From: Nitrospirota bacterium
GTDB lineage: Bacteria; Nitrospirota; UBA9217
DNA length: 19,148 nt
Direction of reading: 5' to 3'
Assembly (NCBI GenBank): GCA_963840455.1
Contig: CAWIYV010000002.1
Span: 1-19,148 of the forward strand
Numbering within the stretch: the first letter of the stretch is position 1; each line of letters opens with the position of its first letter. This document shows positions 7,353 through 14,276 of the stretch, piece by piece. A model generated the notes under the pieces. That model worked only from the letters and a program-made list of their open reading frames with translations, did no database searches and was not told the origin of the DNA. The translations under genes were made by a program, and so were the position numbers.

Positions 7353-9265
7353 CCCCCGACCATGCCCGGCCCGTACTGGTTGATGATGCCGTCCTGCACC
7401 GACGTGATGACCTGGAACGACTCCTTCAGCATCCGCTTCTCCAGGTTGCTCAGAGTGCGGGGATTGATGAAATTGTCGGGCGCCTCGCCGCGCTCGATCT
7501 GCCCCACCTGGTGGTGGATCCGGAGAAGCGTGATGAACTCGAAGGCCTGGGCCAGTTCGCTCCCCATGGTATCAATGGTCGGATGCCTGCCCTTCATGGC
7601 CCCGATGCGTTCCAGCGTCGAGGTCTCGGTGATGCCTGTCTCGAGGGCGAGGAGGCGCACAATGTCCACGAGCGGCCCGATGCCCCGGAACTTGAGGTTC
7701 AGCTCGTCCTTGTGCTCGCCGCCCTTCTCCACGATGAAGGTCCGGAAAAAGCCGAGCGGCGGCCGGTTCTTCGTCGTCGCCGCTGCCATGTGCGCGAGGA
7801 ACAAGTTCTGCCCCTTGAGATTCTTCATGAGATATTCCCGCAGCTCCACGCCCAGGGACTCGTCCCCGTAGAGCGGACGAAAGTCGAAGAAGATCAGCGA
7901 CCGGAGGATCGCGTCGGGTGTGGGGTGATGGATCCACCCCGCGAAGTGCTTCTTCCAGACCGACAGGGGCTGGCACCACTTGGGATTGCTCGCCATGTAG
8001 TCCGCCGGGCAGAGCGGGAAGCCGCACTTCACCAGGCCGTCGCGGACATAGAGCGCAAAGGCGGAAAAGTACTTTTGCGCCGCCTCTTCCTGGACCGCGC
8101 CCGCGGGGTCCGCATAGACGATGGCGTTGTCCTGGTCGGTCTTGAAGGTCTGCTCCTTCCGGCCCTCGCTCCCGAAGGAGAGCCAGCAATAGGGCACCGG
8201 CGGCTTCCCGAATTTCCTCTCGGCGAACTCCAGCACCTTCCTCACCAGCCGGTCGTTCAACTCGGCGATGATCTTGGTGATGTTGCTTGCCCGGGCTCCC
8301 TCCTTGAGCAGGAGGCCCACCACCCGGTTGATCTTCGCCGAGACCGGCACCAGCCCGTCGATGCTCTCCTGGCTCTCCAGGTCCTTGGCAAAGGAGAGAG
8401 GGGACGAACCCTGCAGCAGCATAAGGTCGTGGTTCGAAAGGACACCCTTGAGCCGCCCCTCTTTGATCACCAGGATGTGGTGGATGTTGTGCTTGATCAT
8501 CTTAAGGACCGCTTCAAAACAGTAGTCCTTCACATCCACGCGAATGAGCGGCAGGGTCATAATGTCCTTGACCGGGTCGTTCACGCTCCGCCCCCGGGCA
8601 ACCACCTTCTCCCGGAGGTCACGGTCCGTTATGATGCCCGCGGGAAGTCCGTTCCGGTCCATGATGATCAGGCAACTGATGCGGTTCTTCGACATCTCCA
8701 GCGCGGCATCCCGGATCGTGGTGTCCGCCTCGACCGTGACAACGCCGGTGGTCGCGATATCGCCCACTGGCGTCGTAAACAGGAGATGGTCGCTGCTTCC
8801 ATAGAAGAGGCTCTTCGAGTGCATCTCCCGGTAGACCTTATCCACGTACTTCGTAAAATGGCTCTGGAGAAAGTATTCGGTGAACGCAGGGTTGGATTCG
8901 ATCAGTTCAAGGATCTTTTCCCGCCCCAGAAGAAAACAGATGGTGTCCTCAAGGGCGACGACCGTGGTCTTCTGGCGGTCCTGGCCCATGAGGGAGATGA
9001 GGCCGAAGGTGTCGCCCTCACCTCTATGGTCGATGATCACCTCTTCGCCGTTCTCTGTCCGCACCGAGACTATGACGCCGCCTTTCTTGATGATCCTGAG
9101 GGAATCGCTCGCGGGGGTGTCCTGTTTCAGGATGACCGCGTCCTTGGGATAGAACTCGATGGTAAGGTTCTCCGCGACAGCCCGCAGGTCCGCTTCCTCC
9201 AGGAACTGGAAGGGGGGCACGTTCTTCAAAAATGCAACGATGTCCTCTGCAATAACGCTAGGCAT
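7349..9265 (-). CDS. cNMP-binding / tandem CBS / DUF294 GlnD-GlnE-like nucleotidyltransferase protein
   Basis: 638 aa; N-terminal cNMP fold (LKNVPPFQFL...GEGDTFG), CBS pair (GIITDRDLR, HNIHHILV), NTase motif GSEGRKEQTFKTDQDN, and C-terminal FFDFR, PPLGFFRTF and NFINP motifs. Confidence 0.9.
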   Translation of the reverse strand: MPSVIAEDIVAFLKNVPPFQFLEEADLRAVAENLTIEFYPKDAVILKQDTPASDSLRIIKKGGVIVSVRTENGEEVIIDHRGEGDTFGLISLMGQDRQKTTVVALEDTICFLLGREKILELIESNPAFTEYFLQSHFTKYVDKVYREMHSKSLFYGSSDHLLFTTPVGDIATTGVVTVEADTTIRDAALEMSKNRISCLIIMDRNGLPAGIITDRDLREKVVARGRSVNDPVKDIMTLPLIRVDVKDYCFEAVLKMIKHNIHHILVIKEGRLKGVLSNHDLMLLQGSSPLSFAKDLESQESIDGLVPVSAKINRVVGLLLKEGARASNITKIIAELNDRLVRKVLEFAERKFGKPPVPYCWLSFGSEGRKEQTFKTDQDNAIVYADPAGAVQEEAAQKYFSAFALYVRDGLVKCGFPLCPADYMASNPKWCQPLSVWKKHFAGWIHHPTPDAILRSLIFFDFRPLYGDESLGVELREYLMKNLKGQNLFLAHMAAATTKNRPPLGFFRTFIVEKGGEHKDELNLKFRGIGPLVDIVRLLALETGITETSTLERIGAMKGRHPTIDTMGSELAQAFEFITLLRIHHQVGQIERGEAPDNFINPRTLSNLEKRMLKESFQVITSVQDGIINQYGPGMVGG

Positions 9266-9330
9266 GATTTATCTATGACGTAATGTCTTTACTGAAAAAG
9301 CCATTTTATTTTGCACACAACTCATATGAA

Positions 9331-9347
9331 AGCAATATAAATACCAA
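9331..9347 (-). promoter_or_regulatory. Putative sigma54 (-24/-12) promoter of the acetate operon
   Basis: Minus strand TTGGTATTTATATTGCT has GG-N10-GC in the TGG...TTGC(A/T) context, about 65 nt upstream of the ATG at 9265. Confidence 0.65.
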
Positions 9348-9539
9348 TTTCAGTTGAAATAGGCAGGCGCAAAAATATCGGTGGTTGTGCAGCAGTGAGA
9401 AAAAGAAGAGTGTTTGTTAGTGAAAAGAGGGCTGTGTCTTTGCCAATCAAATGAATGTGGCTCGGCACGTATTAATTGATTGAATAATATAGACTTTTAT
9501 TTCTGGAAACAACGGTGAAAAAAATTATAAAGGAATCAG

Positions 9540-9587
9540 TTCATACATTATATGAAATATAATGTGCTTTCGATGTATAAGAATACA
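9540..9587. promoter_or_regulatory. Cluster of palindromes, candidate activator binding sites
   Basis: ACATTATAT-GAA-ATATAATGT (9545-9565), TTCATA-N5-TATGAA (9540-9556) and TGTAT-N4-ATACA (9574-9587) within an AT-rich intergenic region. Confidence 0.35.
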
Positions 9588-9752
9588 GATGGTGCAAACT
9601 TATAACTTTAAATATTATGATATTGAAATGTATTGATTTTTTGTTATCTTATGATATCAGTAACGAATGGTTACACTTGATTTCGGCTCATGTTACCTTG
9701 TGTACCACAGGTCATCTTCAGGAGATTATGCCTCAGAGCGGGATCAATTCGT

Positions 9753-10337
9753 TTATCGGAAGATATAAAGCATTGTTCCCTGCTCAACAGCATAATAAAT
9801 TGCCGCGAGGTCTTTCCTTCCAACGACCATGGCCGGCATATTTTTTTCACGCCTCTGCCTCCCCGAATACCACTTGCCATGGATGATGAACGCGTCCTGG
9901 ACGATAAGGGATTTCTTCCCGGGCGATCCGTCAGTCTTCCCCGTGAGGACATAGCGGCCCTTCCGGGGCTGGTGTCGCTTCGACGCAGACAAGGTGAACC
10001 CGAAGGTCCGGAGGATGCGATTCCGGTACTTGAGCGTGCCGGTTTTCGTCGAAAGATCGATCAGGAGGTACTTGGAGTCGGACCCCGCGAACGACCGCTG
10101 GAACAACAGGAAGTCCTGCTCCTGCTTCAGCGCCTCGATCCGGGTGGCTAGCTTTGCCTGCTGTGCCTCGAGAAGACGCTGATCATCCTTTTCCCGTGGG
10201 GGGCCGTCCATGCCCATAAGCAGCGCCGACAGGAAGAGCAGGAGCCCTTGTATCATTTTGCGAATGCTTTTTTCCATAAAAAGCCTGAAAGGAGAACGTA
10301 GCATGATCGTAAATCTCGGCATCTGTCTCGCCTTCAC
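9753..10337 (-). CDS. Exported coiled-coil + YkuD-fold protein lacking the catalytic Cys (pseudo-L,D-transpeptidase); true start may be ATG 10277 or 10256
   Basis: C-terminus aligns without gaps to the neighbouring L,D-transpeptidase (IIHG...MPAMVVGRKDL...GTMLYIF versus KIHG...HGCISVGDKDL...GTKVYIY); hydrophobic leader LLLFLSALLMG. Confidence 0.75.
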   Translation of the reverse strand: MKARQMPRFTIMLRSPFRLFMEKSIRKMIQGLLLFLSALLMGMDGPPREKDDQRLLEAQQAKLATRIEALKQEQDFLLFQRSFAGSDSKYLLIDLSTKTGTLKYRNRILRTFGFTLSASKRHQPRKGRYVLTGKTDGSPGKKSLIVQDAFIIHGKWYSGRQRREKNMPAMVVGRKDLAAIYYAVEQGTMLYIFR

Positions 10338-10352
10338 AGTTGTTTCAATATC

Positions 10353-11114
10353 CTAGTAGATATAAACCTTGGTCCCGATCTTTACCGTCTTGTACAGTTT
10401 TTCAAGGTCCTTGTCCCCCACCGAGATGCAGCCGTGAGTGAAATGGGTCCCCAGGAGCTCCGTGTACTTGGTGCCATGGATCTTGTATCCGTTGCCGAGG
10501 ATGAGGGCGTATTTGCCCAGCACCTCCCGCACGATCCGGTCCGGATCGTTCTCCGCCGGGACCGGCATGTTCTCCTCCACATAGGACCAGTCGGGCCTGA
10601 TCCACACCGGATTCCGCTCCTTTCCCAGCACGGTCAGGGACCCCATGGGGCTCTCGAAGTACCAGTTCCTCCCTGTCTCCTCCTCGATGAACTGCCTGCT
10701 GCCGGTCCCCACGACCGCGGTGAGCAGGACCTTGTCGCCCTGGCGGAGCGTCAGCCTGTTGTTCTCGGTGTCGACGACGATGTACGGCGCATCATCATCC
10801 ATCTCCTTCAGCATCCGGCTGAGGCCCTGGTTCTGTTCCTCCAGGACCGCGGCCTCCTTCTCGAGTGCGGCGACCTTCGCGCGGAGGACATCGAGGGGAA
10901 ACTCATCATCTGATGCCCGCGTCGTATGAGGACAGATCAAGAGCGCCACCGAGACACAGAGGCACAGAGCTGTTCCGTACAACGAAAAGGATCTCACCGC
11001 AAAGGCGCAAAGGTCGCGAAGGAAAACCGGGGATCCGTTCATAGGATTCTGCTGTCCTCGCGCTCTTCGCGTCTTCGCGGTAATGCCGGCATGTCTCTTC
11101 CCGTCATTCCTCAC
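10353..11114 (-). CDS. L,D-transpeptidase (YkuD/ErfK family) with N-terminal coiled coil; start is GTG 11114 or ATG 11042
   Basis: YIVVDTENNRLTL, VGTG, IHGT...THGCI catalytic motif and GTKVYIY; GGAG lies 6 nt before GTG 11114. Confidence 0.88.
   Translation of the reverse strand: MRNDGKRHAGITAKTRRARGQQNPMNGSPVFLRDLCAFAVRSFSLYGTALCLCVSVALLICPHTTRASDDEFPLDVLRAKVAALEKEAAVLEEQNQGLSRMLKEMDDDAPYIVVDTENNRLTLRQGDKVLLTAVVGTGSRQFIEEETGRNWYFESPMGSLTVLGKERNPVWIRPDWSYVEENMPVPAENDPDRIVREVLGKYALILGNGYKIHGTKYTELLGTHFTHGCISVGDKDLEKLYKTVKIGTKVYIY
10945..11081. repeat. ACC(A/G)C-family repeats: a solo arm (10945-10969) plus an inverted pair (10996-11022 / 11056-11081)
   Basis: GCCACCGAGACACAGAGGCACAGAG; ACCGCAAAGGCGCAAAGGTCGCGAAGG ... 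CCTCGCGCTCTTCGCGTCTTCGCGGT. On the minus strand about 23 of 26 positions pair, counting G-U. Confidence 0.8.
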
Positions 11115-11124
11115 TCCTCACTCC
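11104..11124. repeat. Heptamer tandem repeat TCA(T/C)TCC x3
   Basis: TCATTCC-TCACTCC-TCACTCC; contains the glcD stop codon, a GGAG SD and the next GTG start. Confidence 0.6.
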
Positions 11125-12494
11125 GTGCTCAGGAAGATCTTCCCGGGATTCAGGATATTGTTCGGGTCCAGCGCCCGCTTGATCCGTCTCATGGCCTCGA
11201 GGGCTTGTTCCCCGGCTTCCAGCGGCAGGAAGGGCGCCTTGGTGATGCCGATGCCGTGTTCCCCGGAAATGCTTCCCTGCATCCGGAGGACGGCGGCGAA
11301 GATCTCTCTCACCGCAAGCTCGGCCTGCGGCCGCTCCCCTTCCTCCAGCATGATGTTCACATGGATGTTCCCGTCCCCTGCATGACCGAAGCAAACGATC
11401 AGGAGGCCATAGCGCTTCGCGATGTCCTGGACATCGGCAAGGATGTCCGGCACCCTTGCGGGGGGGACAACGATGTCCTCGTTGATCTTCCGGGGCTTGA
11501 TGGTATACAGCGCAGGGGAGATGGCCCGCCGCAGCTTCCAGATCCTATCCTGTTCACGTTTATCGGTCGCCCTCGTGACCGTAACGGCACCCGCTTTCCG
11601 GCAGGCGCGCTCAAGGGCATCGGCCTCCAACGCCGTGGCCTGCGGAGATCCATCCACTTCAGCGATGACCATGGCGCCTGCGCCATGGGAAATGTCCTCT
11701 TTGAGATAGGTCTCGACGGCGCGGATGGCTCCGGAATCGATGAGTTCAAGAGCCCGGGGAAGGATGCGGCCTTCAGATATCTTTGAGACCGCGATAGCGG
11801 CGCTTCGAATGTCGGGAAAGAACGCAGAGAGGGTCTCGACGCTCTCCGGCCGCGGCAGGAGCCGCACGATGATCTTCGTCACCACCCCCAGCGTCCCCTC
11901 GGACCCGACGATGAGCCGCGTGAGGTCGTAGCCGGCCACGCTCTTGAGCGTGCGCGATCCGGTCTCGATGATCTCGCCCGTCGGCAGGACCACCTCAAGG
12001 CCGAGGACATAATCCCGCGTCACGCCGTACTTGACGGCGCGAAGCCCGCCGGCGCATTCGGCGATGTTCCCGCCCAGGGTGCAGAACTGCTGGCTTGCCG
12101 GGTCAGGCGGATAGAACAGCCCCCGCGCCTCGACCTCCCGCTGGAGGTCGCCGGTGATGACGCCCGGCTCCACGATTGCCATGCGGTTCCGTTCGTCGAT
12201 CTCGAGGATGCGGTTCATGCGCTCGAAGGACAGGACCAGCCCTCCCCGGACCGGCACCGAGCCGCCGGACATGCCTGTCCCCGCCCCGCGCGGCACGACC
12301 GGGAAACGCCTACGGTTGGCAAGGAGGAGTATCTGAGAAACTTCCCGGGCGGTCGCCGGACGGGCGACGGCTGCGGGAAGGGATGCAGTCCGGGTCGCGT
12401 CGTAGGAATAAACAACCAGTTCTTCGGGACCGGTGAACAGGTGGGCGGGGCCGACGATGGCCGCGAGCTCCTTGAGGACCAACGGATCAAGCAT
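11118..12494 (-). CDS. glcD: FAD-linked oxidase, glycolate oxidase subunit GlcD / D-lactate dehydrogenase family
   Basis: PRGAGTGMSGG, FYPPDPAS, GGNIAECAGG, KYGVTRDYV, GSEGTLG, FGHAGDGNIH, SGEHGIG and LDPNNILNPGK motifs; start overlaps the GH57 stop. Confidence 0.88.
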   Translation of the reverse strand: MLDPLVLKELAAIVGPAHLFTGPEELVVYSYDATRTASLPAAVARPATAREVSQILLLANRRRFPVVPRGAGTGMSGGSVPVRGGLVLSFERMNRILEIDERNRMAIVEPGVITGDLQREVEARGLFYPPDPASQQFCTLGGNIAECAGGLRAVKYGVTRDYVLGLEVVLPTGEIIETGSRTLKSVAGYDLTRLIVGSEGTLGVVTKIIVRLLPRPESVETLSAFFPDIRSAAIAVSKISEGRILPRALELIDSGAIRAVETYLKEDISHGAGAMVIAEVDGSPQATALEADALERACRKAGAVTVTRATDKREQDRIWKLRRAISPALYTIKPRKINEDIVVPPARVPDILADVQDIAKRYGLLIVCFGHAGDGNIHVNIMLEEGERPQAELAVREIFAAVLRMQGSISGEHGIGITKAPFLPLEAGEQALEAMRRIKRALDPNNILNPGKIFLSTE

Positions 12495-14067
12495 AGACGC
12501 GGTAATTGATGTCCGGGAAGAGGTTGTCCTTGTACTCGATGTCGCTCAGCCAGGCCTCGTCGATGCGGTTCGCCCGGATGTCGTCGTAGAGCCGCGTGAA
12601 CCGGAGGACGTGGTCCTGCGTCCGTTTGACCGCGTATTCCACGTGGCTGCCGGTCTTCATGATGAAGGCCCAGTCCGAGCTCTGCGCGAGCAGGAGTTCC
12701 CGGGCCGCCTGGTTCAGGGCGCGCCGGAGCAGGCCGTCGGCGCTCGGGAACTGGCGCGCCAGCTCTACCATCCGGTCTGCCGCCGTATGCAGATGACGGT
12801 AGATCCAGTCATTGGTCCCGTTGAGCCAGACCTCGGCGTAGCCCTTGAAGCCCCAGCTCGACAGGGACGGCGTGGCTACCTGGCAGGTGGGGTTCTCGGC
12901 AAGGTATTCCATGGGCGTCGTCAGCTTGATGGTCTTCTGGTCAAAGGCCATCTTCCGCATCAGGAAGTTGATCCAGTCCGGCCCTTCGAACCACCAGTGC
13001 CCGTACAGTTCGGCATCGTAGGGCGCGACGATGATCGGCTTCCGGTCCTGCACGATGCCTGCCAGCCACTCGATCTGCTTCTCCCGGTTGAACATGAAGT
13101 TCGCCGCCTGGTCGGCCGCCCGGTCGAGCGCCCACTGCCGGACATAGGGGTCCTTGTGGTTCGACTTGCCGGTGATCTTGTAGTACTTGATCCCCAGGTT
13201 CACGCGCACGCCGTCGGCGGGGAGATAGGGCCTGACGTAATCGTAATCCAGGTCGAAGCCGACGTCGCGGTAGAACTCGCGGTAGTTGTAGTCCCCGGGA
13301 TACCCCTCGACGGAGCTCCAGACCTGCTTCGATGACTCGATGTCCCGGCCGAAGGCGGCCACGCCCGACTTGCAGCAGATCGGCGCGTATACGCCGTACT
13401 TGGGCCGCGGGGACGCATGGAAGACTCCGTGGGAATCGGTGAAGAAGAAGCGGATGCCCGCTTCCTTCAGGAACTCGTCGAGGCCTTCGAAGTAGCCGCA
13501 CTCCGGCAGCCAGATGCCCCGCGGGGGCCTTCCGAGGTGCTTGGTGTGCTGTTCGACGGCGACCTGGATCTGGGCGCGCACGGCGTTCGGATTCAGCATG
13601 AGCGGCAGGAACCCGTGGGTCGCGCCGCAGGTGATGATCTCCAGCTTACCCAGGTCCTGGAACTTCTTGAAGGCCGTGACAAGGTTCCTCCCGTACTTTT
13701 CCTCGAAGACGTACCGCGCGTTCCGGAAGATGTCCCGGTACATGTGGGCGATGGGGTTGAACTCAGGCTGGTCCTTCGTGCGCACGATCTCCTTCTCGGC
13801 GAGCTCGATCAACTTGGTGATGTGCCGGACGTAGCGGTGCTGGAGCAGCGGGTCCGTGAGCATGCCGATGAGCGTGGGCGTCAGGCTCATGGTGATGCGG
13901 AAGTCCACGCCGTCGTTCACCAGTCCGTCGTAGACATTGATGAGCGGGATGTAGGTCTCAGTGATCGCCTCGAAGAGCCAGTCCTCTTCCAGGAACTGGT
14001 CGTACTCGGGATGCCGCACATACGGCAGGTGGCTGTGCAGCACCAGCGCAAGATAACCCTTTTCCAT
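12487..14067 (-). CDS. GH57 1,4-alpha-glucan branching enzyme (DUF1957 domain)
   Basis: LHSHLPYV, EAITETYIP, GATHGFLP, WLPECG (nucleophile Glu), PYDAELYGHWWFEG (acid/base Asp) and ELLLAQSSDWAF motifs; SD GGAGG. Confidence 0.93.
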   Translation of the reverse strand: MEKGYLALVLHSHLPYVRHPEYDQFLEEDWLFEAITETYIPLINVYDGLVNDGVDFRITMSLTPTLIGMLTDPLLQHRYVRHITKLIELAEKEIVRTKDQPEFNPIAHMYRDIFRNARYVFEEKYGRNLVTAFKKFQDLGKLEIITCGATHGFLPLMLNPNAVRAQIQVAVEQHTKHLGRPPRGIWLPECGYFEGLDEFLKEAGIRFFFTDSHGVFHASPRPKYGVYAPICCKSGVAAFGRDIESSKQVWSSVEGYPGDYNYREFYRDVGFDLDYDYVRPYLPADGVRVNLGIKYYKITGKSNHKDPYVRQWALDRAADQAANFMFNREKQIEWLAGIVQDRKPIIVAPYDAELYGHWWFEGPDWINFLMRKMAFDQKTIKLTTPMEYLAENPTCQVATPSLSSWGFKGYAEVWLNGTNDWIYRHLHTAADRMVELARQFPSADGLLRRALNQAARELLLAQSSDWAFIMKTGSHVEYAVKRTQDHVLRFTRLYDDIRANRIDEAWLSDIEYKDNLFPDINYRVYA

Positions 14068-14088
14068 GTTTCCTCCGGATGATCCTTG

Positions 14089-14194
14089 ACCACGGAGACA
14101 GGGAGGGCGCGGAGAAGCGGTCCGGCCTGCTTGCCGGCTTACTTTTTTTTAGCAGGCCTGTCGACCCTCCTCCGCACCTCGGTGCCTCGGTGGT
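14089..14194. repeat. REP-like inverted repeat (ACCAC-family) with a nested inner hairpin
   Basis: ACCACGGAGACAGGGAGGGCGCGGAG (14089-14114) versus the reverse complement of 14170-14194 ACCACCGAGGCACCGAGGTGCGGAG; inner stem GGCCTGCT/AGCAGGCC. Confidence 0.75.
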
Positions 14195-14206
14195 GAGATA
14201 GGGTTT

Positions 14207-14239
14207 TGAAAAGAAAAGCCCATCCACAGGGGATGGACT
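14207..14239 (-). terminator. Intrinsic terminator-like hairpin after the DUF4912 gene
   Basis: AGTCCATCC-CCTGT-GGATGGGCT followed by TTTCTTTTC. Confidence 0.65.
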
Positions 14240-14276
14240 CTCGCATGAACCAGGCGGCGTCAGTGACCGTCGGGCC

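Noticed and set aside
9617-9952. Short ORFs 9617..9886 (+) and 9671..9952 (-)
   Set aside because: They overlap the YkuD-like gene and AT-rich intergenic DNA, and have no motifs or SD.
10945-11124. CRISPR array interpretation of the repeats
   Set aside because: The repeats are inverted and degenerate, without constant-length direct repeats and spacers, and there are no cas genes.
362-14082. Long plus-strand ORFs (e.g. 798..2201, 2392..3669, 4208..6244, 6645..7871, 7511..9283, 12433..13335)
   Set aside because: Antisense shadows of well-supported minus-strand genes, expected in high-GC DNA, with no recognisable motifs.
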